Shown here piece by piece: positions 9,643 to 19,642 of a stretch of DNA of 64,000 nucleotides. This DNA is from Candidatus Neptunichlamydia sp. (GTDB lineage Bacteria; Chlamydiota; Chlamydiia; Chlamydiales; Simkaniaceae), in assembly GCA_965233865.1 (NCBI GenBank), contig OZ247587.1, forward strand, positions 544,001 to 608,000, given 5' to 3'. Each line of letters begins with the position of its first letter. The stretch's first letter is position 1. The notes below the pieces were generated by a model. The model was not told where the DNA came from and made no database searches. It saw only the letters and a list, made by a program, of their open reading frames with translations. A program made the translations under genes and the position numbers.

Positions 9643-11190
9643 GTGAAACGGGACAAGATGATTCAAAGGCTTGGAGAAAAGTGGGATGTCCTTATTATTG
9701 GAGGAGGAGCTACCGGGCTCGGTGCCGCAGTCGATGCCAGCTCCCGAGGCCTTAAAACTCTTCTTGTGGAGCAGTCCGATTTTGCTAAAGCTACCTCAAG
9801 TCGAAGCACTAAACTCATCCATGGTGGCCTTCGTTATCTCCAACAAGGAAACCTTGCCCTTGTCTTGGAGGCACTGCGGGAACGAGGGCGCCTATGCCAA
9901 AATGCTCCTCACCTCATCTATCATCGTGCTTTCTTTGTTCCAAGTTATCATTGGTGGCAAGGTCCATTTTATGGGGCTGGCCTCAAGATTTACGACATGC
10001 TAGCAGGAAAACTTGGGCTAGAGCCTTCACGTCATCTTTCTAAAGAAGAAACGCTCGATGCTCTCCCTAACATTGAATCAGACGATCTTTATGGTGGAAC
10101 CATTTATTATGATGGACAGTTTGATGATTCCCGCCTCGCAATTGCCCTTGCCCTAACTGCCGCTGATCATGAAGGGGCTCTTATCAACTATATGAAAGTG
10201 ACAGGGCTCATCAAAGAGAATAACCATGTTGAAGGAGCTATTCTTCATGATTCAGAAACGGGAGAGATTCATGAAGTTCGCGCAAAAGTAGTAATCAACG
10301 CCACCGGGGCTTTCACAGATGAAGTACGCCGTATGGACGACCCTAGTGTGCAAAAAATTATCCAATCGAGTCAAGGCGTTCATATCGTTTTAGATAGCTC
10401 ATTTTTAGAAAGTGAAACGGCAATTATGATTCCTCATACAGCAGACGGAAGAGTCCTCTTTATGGTTCCTTGGCTGGGAAAGATTCTCGTCGGCACCACA
10501 GATACTCCCGTCAAAAATTCTTCCCTAGAGCCGAAACCTCTCAAAGAAGAAATTTCTTTTATCCTCAAAGAAGCAGGAAAATACCTCGCAAAACCTCCCA
10601 AACATAGCGATATTCTCAGCACCTTTGCTGGGCTTCGCCCTCTAATTGCAGCTGAAGGAAGAAAAGAGACCGCAACCCTCTCCCGTGACCATTCTATTCT
10701 AGTCTCAAATGCTGGCCTCATTACCATCGCTGGAGGTAAGTGGACCACCTACCGAAAGATGGCTGAAGATGTTATCGACAAAACCCTCCTTGTTGGGGGC
10801 TTTGAAGAACGCGCCTGCAAAACAAGAACACTCAAACTCCACGCATTTCTAGAAGACGCAGACCCCCTTAACCCTTGGAGCACATATGGCAGCGATAAAG
10901 AAAGAATCGACAAAATCATTAAAGAGGACCCTAGCCTCGATCAATTCCTTCATTCTAAGCTTCCTTACTTAAAGGGAGAAGTAATTTGGCATGTTCGAGA
11001 AGAAATGGCCCGCACTGTTGAAGATGTGCTATCCCGCCGCACCCGCTCTCTGCTTCTTGATGCCAAACTGGCTGTTAAAGTGGCACCCCTTGTTGCCTCC
11101 CTAATAGCCCAGGAGCTTGGTCTTCCAAAAACGTGGGAAAATACGCAAGTCGCATCCTTTAAAGAGCTAGCTTCAAACTATATTATCTAG
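9643..11190 (+). CDS. glpD: FAD-dependent glycerol-3-phosphate dehydrogenase
   Basis: IIGGGATG, TSSRSTKLIHGGLRYL, GGKWTTYRKMAE. Confidence 0.96.
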   Translation: MKRDKMIQRLGEKWDVLIIGGGATGLGAAVDASSRGLKTLLVEQSDFAKATSSRSTKLIHGGLRYLQQGNLALVLEALRERGRLCQNAPHLIYHRAFFVPSYHWWQGPFYGAGLKIYDMLAGKLGLEPSRHLSKEETLDALPNIESDDLYGGTIYYDGQFDDSRLAIALALTAADHEGALINYMKVTGLIKENNHVEGAILHDSETGEIHEVRAKVVINATGAFTDEVRRMDDPSVQKIIQSSQGVHIVLDSSFLESETAIMIPHTADGRVLFMVPWLGKILVGTTDTPVKNSSLEPKPLKEEISFILKEAGKYLAKPPKHSDILSTFAGLRPLIAAEGRKETATLSRDHSILVSNAGLITIAGGKWTTYRKMAEDVIDKTLLVGGFEERACKTRTLKLHAFLEDADPLNPWSTYGSDKERIDKIIKEDPSLDQFLHSKLPYLKGEVIWHVREEMARTVEDVLSRRTRSLLLDAKLAVKVAPLVASLIAQELGLPKTWENTQVASFKELASNYII

Positions 11191-11279
11191 GCCACAATCT
11201 AGTATCAAAGAGCTGTCGTAAATACGCTTCTTTCTTCTTTTGAAATTGAAGGGGTTGGCAGAGAGGGCGAGTCCTTAAA

Positions 11280-11315
11280 AAAGATTGCTACCCCCAAAAG
11301 GGGACAGCAATCTTT
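11280..11315. terminator. Stem-loop, probable intrinsic terminator after glpD
   Basis: aaagattgct-acccc...gggg-ac-agcaatcttt inverted repeat. Confidence 0.6.
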
Positions 11316-11656
11316 ATGGATTGAGGTATGGTTTGTTGCGTTTCTAAAACTGTATGTGGAAGAGGAGTCTGTGATTTTGAATTTTGATGATGTGGGAAAT
11401 GGCCGCTGCCATTTTTACTCCTGCCTTAGAAAAGATTTACACGAACTTTATACTGTGCGCTAAATTTATTCAAACTTTTTATGAAACCTTTGAGATTCCC
11501 ATCGATAAAAGCCCCAAAATACAAGCAATAAGCATGAAGAAAAGAAGCGACGAAATGTTTTTCTGTTTTTAAATTCACGCCAACAACTTATAGCTAGTTT
11601 CTTTTTACCATTCATACTTTATTTGATTGTATTCTCATACGGGTATTGTAGGTATA

Positions 11657-11671
11657 TTGTCCTGTACTAAG
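11657..11671 (-). repeat. Solo IS4-type terminal inverted repeat
   Basis: ttgtcctgtactaag, the same core as 2966-2989 and the IS4 ends at 35143/37099. Confidence 0.55.
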
Positions 11672-11674
11672 CCA

Positions 11675-12349
11675 TTAGATATTAGATAAGAACACTGCCG
11701 TTGCTTGTGAAACATTGAGGGAATCAATCGATCCTTGCATTGGAATCATCACGTGGAAATCTGAATTTTTTGAAAGCAAAGGCTGTATTCCACTTCCTTC
11801 AGCCCCCATGATTAACAAGGTTTGACTCGGAAATTCAAAAGAAGAAAGACAGTGCGCTCCAGGGGCCACTTCCGCTGCTACCGAGAAATAGCCTCCTGTT
11901 TGGAATTTCTTCAAAGTATCGGCTAAGTTCGATACTGGCATCAAAGGAACGATTTCAGAAGCGCCCACACTTGCTTTACTCACCACAGGGGTCAGAGCTA
12001 CGTTGCGGTTCTTAGAGTAGATCACAGCGTCTACACCAAAACATTCAGCAGCACGGAGGATCGCTCCAAAATTCTGCGGATCATTGATCGAGTCAACCAT
12101 CAAAACAACGCCCTTCTCAGGCGCAGTTTTTAGAAACTCTTTAGGGACTAGAAACTCCCTTTCCTTCACTTCTGCAATGATTCCTTGGTGCGATTCTGAA
12201 CCTGCCATCGCACTAAGCTTCTGCTTTGAAACAACAGTCACGTCGATTCCTAGATGATTCTTTTTTTTATGAGCATAGACTCTAATTAGTCGTTCAGGGT
12301 TTCTCTTTGCCACCTCTTCAATGGCATGTTTCCCCATAATCACTCTCAT
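11675..12349 (-). CDS. rlmB: 23S rRNA (G2251) 2'-O-methyltransferase, TrmH/SpoU family
   Basis: DPQNFGAILRAA, KASVGA, MGAEGSG, IPMQGSIDSLNVSQA. Confidence 0.9.
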   Translation of the reverse strand: MRVIMGKHAIEEVAKRNPERLIRVYAHKKKNHLGIDVTVVSKQKLSAMAGSESHQGIIAEVKEREFLVPKEFLKTAPEKGVVLMVDSINDPQNFGAILRAAECFGVDAVIYSKNRNVALTPVVSKASVGASEIVPLMPVSNLADTLKKFQTGGYFSVAAEVAPGAHCLSSFEFPSQTLLIMGAEGSGIQPLLSKNSDFHVMIPMQGSIDSLNVSQATAVFLSNI

Positions 12350-12765
12350 TGCTTAAACTCACTTTCAATAATAATATTTTTCTTCTGCCCCGAAATCGAG
12401 TAGCGTGTCAAAAATTTATTAGGGTTAACCCAATTCCACTGGAGGAAATATGAATCGCTTTTGCACTTAGCAAGCCCTTTGAGTTCTCCATCAATAATAG
12501 GGAGCCTCATAAAAAGACGCTCATCTTCTTCTTGATAAAAGAAAATCAACACCTGCTCTAGCGTAAAGTGATATCGGTAAAATTTTGTGGCAAACAAGAA
12601 TTCTTCGTGCTGCGTTTCATGACACATTTGTTCCTGGTATAGGAGCTGGTTTTCTTCATAAATATCGAAGAATCCACTCCCCCACATTCTCCCTTTAGAT
12701 GTCCCATCAAAGGCTGAAATGTTCCTCTGTATCCTCCACTTTCCAATCAAATCTTCTTTCTTCAT
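12346..12765 (-). CDS. DUF6314-like hypothetical protein
   Basis: LIGKWRIQRNI...LYQEQ...YRYHF...C..D.Y...ISGQKK pattern; translationally coupled to rlmB. Confidence 0.55.
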   Translation of the reverse strand: MKKEDLIGKWRIQRNISAFDGTSKGRMWGSGFFDIYEENQLLYQEQMCHETQHEEFLFATKFYRYHFTLEQVLIFFYQEEDERLFMRLPIIDGELKGLAKCKSDSYFLQWNWVNPNKFLTRYSISGQKKNIIIESEFKQ

Positions 12766-12872
12766 ATGAAGAGTATAACATCTTTTAGAGGTATAATGGA
12801 AGTTTGATTTGTTGCTAAATAAAAAATTAGATATAAGAGTGTAGATCTAAATTTTAACCCCAAGGCACCTCT

Positions 12873-13055
12873 ATGGAAGTCCTCGTTGTAGTCTCTAAAG
12901 TCAAAAAAATGATTAAGGAAAAATCTGGAATGAACACCTCTTCATCTTCAATGGAGGCTCTAACCCAAATTATTCACAGCGCATGTGAAAAAGCGGTAAG
13001 CAATGCTCAAGCTGACGGGAGAAAAACTGTCATGGATCGCGACTTTGAAGTTTAG
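12873..13055 (+). CDS. Bacterial histone-fold protein (Bd0055/HBb-like singlet histone)
   Basis: MEVLVVVSKVKKMIKEKSGMNTS...LTQIIHSACEKAVSNAQADGRKTVMDRDF: three-helix histone fold with the RKTV...RD signature. Confidence 0.9.
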   Translation: MEVLVVVSKVKKMIKEKSGMNTSSSSMEALTQIIHSACEKAVSNAQADGRKTVMDRDFEV

Positions 13056-13315
13056 GATTTTATTTCTCTTATGTTTTTAAGCCCCTTCTTTTTGCTTCCT
13101 CAATTGCAGGAGCTTCAGGGGGCTACAAAAATGAGGAAGCTTTAATCATTTGCCAATAATAGCTACTACAAAGCTCTCTCTCACCTTAAAATGCTTAAGA
13201 AAGGGCCTTAGCTCTCTGCATGGTTTGACAACCCGCACCACCTTCAACTTTTAAAAACAGAAAACACTGGTAAAATAATTTTTAATCAGAAATAGTTCGA
13301 ATAAAGACTAATTAT

Positions 13316-14104
13316 ATGGTGCTATGTATGAAAAAGGCTCTCATTATTATTTTCGGAATTATTGTTGTTTTAATTCTTGGAGGGATCCTTGTTTGGAATA
13401 TGCTTCCTACAATTGTTTCTCACAAATTATCAAAACAAGCAGGGGTATCTGTTACGATTGGAGGCATTCAAGTTAGCCCATCTACCGTTCGAGTTGACTC
13501 AATTCGTGTGGGAAATCCATCCGAATATAAAAAGACATCTCGTGCTCTTTCAGTAAAAGAATTGGGGATCAATGTTCCACTTACTCGATTCTTTGATGAT
13601 AATATAGTGATTGATGAAATGACAATAGATGATGTTTATGTGGGCCTAGAATTTGATTCTCCCAAAAGTAAGAATGGGAACTGGACAATAATCATGGATA
13701 ATATAAGCAAGTCTGCTAGTGACGAAAAAGATAAGGCAAAGAAAGCAGGAAAATCAACCTCAGTTCTTATTAAAAAGCTAATTATTACAGATCTTAAGAT
13801 TGAGCTTGCCTATAAAACTGGTGGGAAACTCACCCAAAAGCTGCGACCTATTGGTTGGATTGAGCTGACAAATATTAGTAGCGAAGGCGGTATTCCTACC
13901 TCGCAAATCATGAATATCGTTATGCAAGAAACGCTTCGCAATATCTTCAGCACAGAGGGACTTCAAAATATGCTTGAAGGTGTTCTAGATCCAAGCGGTT
14001 CGGGAGAAGGTGTTATGGACTCCATAAAAGGACTCTTCTCTGATGTTATCCTTCTAGATAATGATTGGAAAGATTATGAAGTGGAGTTTGAAGAGGCTCA
14101 ATGA
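13316..14104 (+). CDS. AsmA-like membrane-anchored hypothetical protein
   Basis: N-terminal TM anchor, GVSVTIG...IRVGNP...IVIDEMTID...NW pattern. Confidence 0.6.
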   Translation: MVLCMKKALIIIFGIIVVLILGGILVWNMLPTIVSHKLSKQAGVSVTIGGIQVSPSTVRVDSIRVGNPSEYKKTSRALSVKELGINVPLTRFFDDNIVIDEMTIDDVYVGLEFDSPKSKNGNWTIIMDNISKSASDEKDKAKKAGKSTSVLIKKLIITDLKIELAYKTGGKLTQKLRPIGWIELTNISSEGGIPTSQIMNIVMQETLRNIFSTEGLQNMLEGVLDPSGSGEGVMDSIKGLFSDVILLDNDWKDYEVEFEEAQ

Positions 14105-14685
14105 GAGAAATATATATCATCCGTCATGGGGAAACGGAGTGGGCTCGAGATGGGAAACATACGGGCCTAACCGATATTCCTATTACAGACGTGGGAGAAT
14201 ACCAGGCTGCTTCTTTAGGGAGGCGCATAGAATCTATTAAGTTTAACCATATTTTTTCGAGTCCTCTTAGACGAGCACTTGACACCTGCAAAATCTGCGG
14301 ATTTGATCCACAAATTGACAAAGACCTTGTAGAAGTAGATTATGGTGCTTACGAAGGGATGACTTCCAAGGAAATTCATGAAACAAACCCAAAGTGGAAT
14401 ATCTTTACTCATGGTGCCCCAAATGGGGAATCTATTGAAGCACTCCTAGCTCGTGTAAATAAATTCATAAAAAAAGTAGAGGGATTAGAAGGAAAAATCG
14501 CCGTCTTTACTAGTGGTCATTTTTTACGTACCTTTGTCACCCAATGGCTTGAACTTCCGATAGATAGTTCAAGACGTTTTTCTCTTGCCACAGCATCACT
14601 TTCTATTTTAGGATATGAACATACTAAACAAGCTTTAAAACTTTGGAACGACATATCTCATTATAGTAGAAAAAGCACAGGATAA
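14101..14685 (+). CDS. Histidine phosphatase family protein
   Basis: RHGETEW, SSPLRRA, EVDYGAYEG, SGH. Confidence 0.92.
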   Translation: MREIYIIRHGETEWARDGKHTGLTDIPITDVGEYQAASLGRRIESIKFNHIFSSPLRRALDTCKICGFDPQIDKDLVEVDYGAYEGMTSKEIHETNPKWNIFTHGAPNGESIEALLARVNKFIKKVEGLEGKIAVFTSGHFLRTFVTQWLELPIDSSRRFSLATASLSILGYEHTKQALKLWNDISHYSRKSTG

Positions 14686-14778
14686 AGTGGTTCACTTTCC
14701 TCTTTCAACTCCTTTTCACATCCTTCTTGAAGAGATTACCAACGAACTAGATAGCGTCTCTAAAGGATCGGTTTAAGT

Positions 14779-15750
14779 CTAAGTTCTGGCGATTTGCTTC
14801 AGACGATTGAGAAGAAGGATATTTTGCTTCAATTTTGGAGTGCATAAGACAAGCACCTCTGCATAACCATCACGCTCAGCAACACGGAGTCCTTCGTATA
14901 GATTAGTAGGCTTTAACTGAAAGTGAACTTCATCATTTACAAAAGACGGTTCATCGCTCATAATCAACCGCTTGCTTCTTGAACTGAGTTTAAGATAAAT
15001 CTTCATCTCTTCCCATGAAGAGAAAAGGCGAACAGCACTGCGCATTTTGGTGAGATTTGAGTTTCCATTCAAAACCAAAGCCAAAGGATGAATCACTACC
15101 TTTCTATTGAGTACCCGTTCAATTTCTCTCTGAGGAGTCACACCAAAACGATACAGAGTTGGGCGCGCTGGGTCTTCTAAAGAGATTAAAGTTGATTCCA
15201 TTCCAAACTTTGCTTCCCCACCATCTACCAAACCTTCAATTTTCCCATTAAAGTCCTCAAGAACATGGCTTGCTTTGGTAGGACTTGGTTTATTCGACTG
15301 GTTAGCAGAGGGAACAGCAAGGGGGCAACCTGTCAGTTCAATCAGTCGGCGGGCAATAGGGTCCGAAGAAATTCGAACCGCAATAGTCTCTTTTCCTCCA
15401 GTAATAAGAGAAGATAAGTTCGGGCTTTTTTTCAAGATGAGAGTGAGTGGACCGGGAAGAAACTCCTTAGCAAGAGCCTGAGCCTCCGGTGGGATATCTG
15501 CTGCAACAAACTGGAGTTGACTAAAGTTAGCAATATGGATCGGAAGTGAGCAATCTTCAGAACGTTCCTTAACTTGATAAAGCTTCTTTAAAGCTCTTTC
15601 ATTCAAGATTGTTGCTCCGAGCCCATAAACAGTTTCAGTAGGAAATGCGACAAGCCCCCCCTGCTGCAACTTTCGTGCTGCACTCTCAAGCTGAGCCGAA
15701 GAACATTCAAGATCTTCGCGATTTACCGGTCCAAAGTATTCGGTGTACAT
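14779..15750 (-). CDS. L-threonylcarbamoyladenylate synthase (Sua5/TsaC)
   Basis: VAFPTETVYGLGA, LPGPLTLIL, PSANQS; divergent C-terminal domain. Confidence 0.88.
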   Translation of the reverse strand: MYTEYFGPVNREDLECSSAQLESAARKLQQGGLVAFPTETVYGLGATILNERALKKLYQVKERSEDCSLPIHIANFSQLQFVAADIPPEAQALAKEFLPGPLTLILKKSPNLSSLITGGKETIAVRISSDPIARRLIELTGCPLAVPSANQSNKPSPTKASHVLEDFNGKIEGLVDGGEAKFGMESTLISLEDPARPTLYRFGVTPQREIERVLNRKVVIHPLALVLNGNSNLTKMRSAVRLFSSWEEMKIYLKLSSRSKRLIMSDEPSFVNDEVHFQLKPTNLYEGLRVAERDGYAEVLVLCTPKLKQNILLLNRLKQIART

Positions 15751-15870
15751 GTGTTCCCATTTATTAACAATTTAGTCAAAGCATTATTACCACTTTACAA
15801 ATTAAATACAACCCCTGATCAATTTTATACTTTTTCTTGCAATTTCCAAAAAAATGGTTACAATGGTGGA

Positions 15871-16233
15871 ATGGAAAAGCAAGCATTAAAAAAAATTGGA
15901 TTGGTTACCCTCATTTATGCGCTCTTCGTCTTCTTAGGAGGTGTTATGGGCTTTGCAATGAAGCAAAGCATGCCATCTTTAGTAATGGGTAGCCTATTTG
16001 GCCTATCACTTCTCTATTTAAGTATTAAAATTATGACTTTTCATCGCTGGGGATTAATGACTGCAATCGTGCTAATTCTTCTTCTTGATGCATTCTTTTC
16101 GTATCGTTTTGTCATTACTCAAACCCTTTTCCCAGCTGGAGTGATGCTACTTCTCACAACCGCAACCCTTCTCATTCTGATGTTTATTCTCAAGAAATTA
16201 AGACCTATAGCCAAAAGTCGTAAGCAGATATGA
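15871..16233 (+). CDS. TMEM14-family membrane protein
   Basis: YALFVFLGGVMGF...SMPSLVMG...FPAG motifs, four TM helices; probable start is ATG 15871. Confidence 0.75.
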   Translation: MEKQALKKIGLVTLIYALFVFLGGVMGFAMKQSMPSLVMGSLFGLSLLYLSIKIMTFHRWGLMTAIVLILLLDAFFSYRFVITQTLFPAGVMLLLTTATLLILMFILKKLRPIAKSRKQI

Positions 16234-16543
16234 GCGTCTCCTTTGTTTAAAATAGCTTCTTATTTTTTGATTGCGGACCAACAGGATTTTTAAACTGACA
16301 GGTAAGGGTTCCAGAATTACACGCGAGTTTTGCAGCAACCTTGATAGAAAGTAAACCGAATCATCGATTCCATCTAACTTCCTCCAAAAAAAAACCGATC
16401 AAAAATTAAATTAAACTTTTATTAATATCGATTTTATTACATTTAAAATAATGATTATTATACTGTTGAAAAACAATGATTTACCAATATTTATGTATAT
16501 GTTATAATAAATTACTTAAAAAGTAATAATTAGGTAGTAAATA

Positions 16544-18115
16544 ATGAAAACTAACATTTCGGTAGATGGCTTAAACCATAGATCTATCTTAGTTCCTCAT
16601 TTTATCCCCACCGAAGGAATGGACACCTCTACCCACAAAAACTACCTCAAAGTTGCAGATGCTTTTCGTCATCATGTGACTGATCCAGAAAAAATTACAC
16701 CCTATGAGGTCGCTGGATTTCCTAACTACCCTGGAAGCTCAAACCTTTTGTATTTACCAGTCGATGCCTATCACACTCTTCGATCATTAGCCCACTCAAT
16801 TGGGCATGGTGACACTGAGGAAATTTGTGATGCCTCGACCCGACTATTAGGAATGCCCGCAAACTTTGTCAGCGCAATCGGATTTCTAATGGGTTACGGG
16901 ATTGAATTTGGAGTCATTCCAAAAACCATTGCTCCATTCCTTCCCTTTGCCTATGGAGCAGGCGTCGCCCTTTGTATCGTTGAAGGAATTGTAGATGCTT
17001 GGTCTTCAAATCGACAGTACAGATTTGAGGACCAATTTGACTTTGACTTTCTCTCAAACCTTCGCTACATGGTGAGTGACTTCGACTCCTCAAAAAGCTC
17101 TGAGGCCATTGAAGATATGGCTGAGTTGGTGAATAAGGACCCTAAAAGTCTTCAGCAACTTTATAAAGAACAGTTTGGAGATGTTAAAAAGCTCTTCAAT
17201 CAAATGAATGAGGAACTTGAAGAAAACCCTTATGATGCAAATCTCATCCTCAAAAAACATGCCTCTCCTCTTGAGGAGATTTCGCGCCTCGCTGTTATGA
17301 AGGACTTAAAGCACTTAGAAAGGCAATATCTGCAGCTTAACCCACAAGAAGTGATTAAAATTCATTCTGATATTCTTCAGCAAAACCAAGAGAAAAATCC
17401 CGAGAAAATTCAAGAGATTACCATGGAGAAGTTGCGAGAAAAATTAGCGATTAAAAAGAAGAACCTTGCACGACGTGTCCGCCCTTGGATGGTTAGTGAA
17501 GCTAGTGAGACAGTTTCCCCTATTCTTAGCGGAGTTGTGCAAAATAATAGTGAAGCTATAAAAGAAGGTCTCCGTCTTGCAGACGATATCCATAGTCAGT
17601 CTAAGAAAAAGAAAATCGTTCATGCCCTAGGAATTATAACCCTTGTATTCGCGGCCGCATCTCTAGTGACAATGTGTGTCACTAGTCCTGCATTTCTCCC
17701 CTTCTTATTGGTTGGGATTGCAACAATTTTTGCCTTAGTTAGGGTATCTGTCTATTCAGGATCTCTCGAACTCCGTGGATGGACTTTTGAACCTAAAAAA
17801 TGCATTCCTGAATTTATTCGAAAAAGGATCTGGGGAGAAGCAAAACCTGAGATAAAGCAGGAAAAATTCCGCCAGAAAGTCGTAAACCCTCTTGATTGTG
17901 AGTACAAAAATGCCCTGCCAAATTGGTCGCTCAACCCAGAGAAAATGGCAGCTAGCCTTCCATCTTCTTCCCCTTCTCAAGGGTTTGTAAAATCCCAGAA
18001 ATCACGCCATGTCGGACATTCAGTCTCTCCATCTCGTTTAGACCCGCTATTGTGGTTCCTCCAGGAGAAGAAACAGCATTCCGAGCTTCACTCATCGCTG
18101 CACCTGTATGTCTAA
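16544..18115 (+). CDS. Hypothetical membrane/coiled-coil protein (Inc-like effector candidate)
   Basis: 523-aa ORF with two paired hydrophobic segments and a coiled central region; 3' end overlaps proC. Confidence 0.65.
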   Translation: MKTNISVDGLNHRSILVPHFIPTEGMDTSTHKNYLKVADAFRHHVTDPEKITPYEVAGFPNYPGSSNLLYLPVDAYHTLRSLAHSIGHGDTEEICDASTRLLGMPANFVSAIGFLMGYGIEFGVIPKTIAPFLPFAYGAGVALCIVEGIVDAWSSNRQYRFEDQFDFDFLSNLRYMVSDFDSSKSSEAIEDMAELVNKDPKSLQQLYKEQFGDVKKLFNQMNEELEENPYDANLILKKHASPLEEISRLAVMKDLKHLERQYLQLNPQEVIKIHSDILQQNQEKNPEKIQEITMEKLREKLAIKKKNLARRVRPWMVSEASETVSPILSGVVQNNSEAIKEGLRLADDIHSQSKKKKIVHALGIITLVFAAASLVTMCVTSPAFLPFLLVGIATIFALVRVSVYSGSLELRGWTFEPKKCIPEFIRKRIWGEAKPEIKQEKFRQKVVNPLDCEYKNALPNWSLNPEKMAASLPSSSPSQGFVKSQKSRHVGHSVSPSRLDPLLWFLQEKKQHSELHSSLHLYV

Positions 18116-18734
18116 GCAAAGCAACTGATCCTTCAATGGTCCTCAATACAAGTTCCCTGGCCTCTACGCTCTTGAATCCAACAGTGATCCCAGCTTGAAT
18201 CATTGCTTCAATAATTAGATAAATAAACGCAGGGGTTGAGCCCGTCAGAGCTGCAAAAGGGTTCATCAGCTTCTCATCAAGCCAAATTGTAGTCCCCAAC
18301 CCCTTTAAAATCTGATCGACCTGTCTTTTATCTTCTGCTAACGCCTCATCCTCATCTGCCACTCCAATCAACCCCATTCCACAAAGGAGGGGAATATTTG
18401 GAAGGAGCCGAAAGATTTTAGGATTGGAAAAATGGCTTCTCAATCGAGATAGAGGCGTTCCAACAAGAATGCTAAGGAGAAATGTTCCCTTTTCTAGAAC
18501 AGGGTTAAGTTCTTTTGCAACTTCTTTAAGATCCTTAGGCTTTACTGCTAAGATTACAACATCACAAGAATGTCCAATTTCTTCGAAAGAAGCGCAAAGT
18601 GTCACCCCTTTTTCCTTAGCCAAGTCTTTGATATTTTCAGGATGCCTTGTATAAAGAAACACCTCTTCATGATCTTTGATGATTCGGGCCATGGAACTTC
18701 CCATTACCCCACATCCGACAATACCTACTTTCAT
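17952..18734 (-). CDS. proC: Pyrroline-5-carboxylate reductase
   Basis: VGCGVMG, LAVKP, LTGSTPAF, VSSPGGTTIAG. Confidence 0.95.
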   Translation of the reverse strand: MKVGIVGCGVMGSSMARIIKDHEEVFLYTRHPENIKDLAKEKGVTLCASFEEIGHSCDVVILAVKPKDLKEVAKELNPVLEKGTFLLSILVGTPLSRLRSHFSNPKIFRLLPNIPLLCGMGLIGVADEDEALAEDKRQVDQILKGLGTTIWLDEKLMNPFAALTGSTPAFIYLIIEAMIQAGITVGFKSVEARELVLRTIEGSVALLRHTGAAMSEARNAVSSPGGTTIAGLNEMERLNVRHGVISGILQTLEKGKKMEG

Positions 18735-18783
18735 ATCGTATCTCTTGCGTTGAATGGGTTAACTTGTTAAATTTTCATATTCT

Positions 18784-19383
18784 ATGAATAACCTAAATGT
18801 TCGCAAATCTTTTTTTTTGCTTCTTGTCGGGTGCGCCTCATATTTCTACATCGATCAACAGATGGTGATGCTGGTATCTCCCTATACAAAACCTTATCAA
18901 GTCCTCTTTAAAGGATGCTCTCTATTGATTTTCCCTCCTCTCTATTTAGCTCTATCAGCAGGTGGATTTATTATAGCACGCCTGAAAAAAAGCAGGTGGA
19001 ATCTCCCGTTTTTTGAAATATTGGTCGCTCAATGCCTCTCTGTTGCTTTTGTTCGGGTTTTCAAAATTATAATTGGGCGAGCACGCCCTGATATTTTCCT
19101 GAAGAAGGGGATCTTCGGCTTTTATGGCTTTGAGTGGGATCAGCACTTTCACTCATTTCCGTCTGGACATTCAATGGCTGCTTTTACCTTAGCTACCTCT
19201 CTTGCTCTCCTCTTCCCCCGATTTCGAATCTACTTCTTTTCCATTGCAGTCCTATTAACCACGAGCCGTATTTTTCTTTTAGGTCACTTCACTAGTGATA
19301 TTATTGGAACTGCAGCCATTTCTCTAGTAATTGCAAGTGGGGTTCATCACTTTATCAATTCCATTACAAGGAGCAGCGCGTGA
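18784..19383 (+). CDS. PAP2-family phosphatase
   Basis: KIIIGRARP, SFPSGHS, SRIFLLGHFTSD. Confidence 0.92.
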   Translation: MNNLNVRKSFFLLLVGCASYFYIDQQMVMLVSPYTKPYQVLFKGCSLLIFPPLYLALSAGGFIIARLKKSRWNLPFFEILVAQCLSVAFVRVFKIIIGRARPDIFLKKGIFGFYGFEWDQHFHSFPSGHSMAAFTLATSLALLFPRFRIYFFSIAVLLTTSRIFLLGHFTSDIIGTAAISLVIASGVHHFINSITRSSA

Positions 19384-19591
19384 CCTTGTAGTTCATGGAA
19401 TGCAAGGTTTTGATTATGAAAAAGCCAAATGTCTTTGTAAACTGCACGATGATTATGCTGTCGAATCAATAATTGCTATAGGAAAACCTGGAAAACAGGA
19501 GACCTCCCTCAAAGTATCCAGGGAAAAGAGATTCTCTTTTCTCGCAGGCCCCTTAAAAAACTTACTTATCGATCTAAATAAAAAAAGCTAA
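19380..19591 (+). pseudogene. Nitroreductase C-terminal remnant
   Basis: LVVHGMQGFDYEKA...YAVESIIAIGKPG is a nitroreductase C-terminus with no N-terminus or start codon. Confidence 0.7.
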
Positions 19592-19614
19592 GTGGGCGTT
19601 TGCCCACCTAGCTT
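19585..19614. terminator. Stem-loop terminator between convergent genes
   Basis: aagcta-agtgggc-gttt-gcccacc-tagctt next to an A-tract (U-tract on the minus strand). Confidence 0.7.
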
Positions 19615-19642
19615 ACATACGGATACTAACAAAGCTTAAAGC

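Noticed and set aside
7317..10748. Numerous short antisense or out-of-frame ORFs within glpF/glpK/glpD (and other long genes)
   Set aside because: Fully embedded in well-supported CDSs, with no recognisable motifs.
11384..11572. 62-aa ORF between glpD and rlmB
   Set aside because: No RBS or motif; the region lies beside a solo IS end and looks like decayed DNA.
16246..16386. GGAGG plus ATG on the minus strand giving MESMIRFTFYQGCCKTRV*
   Set aside because: Only 18 codons; may be a frameshifted remnant, with no independent support.
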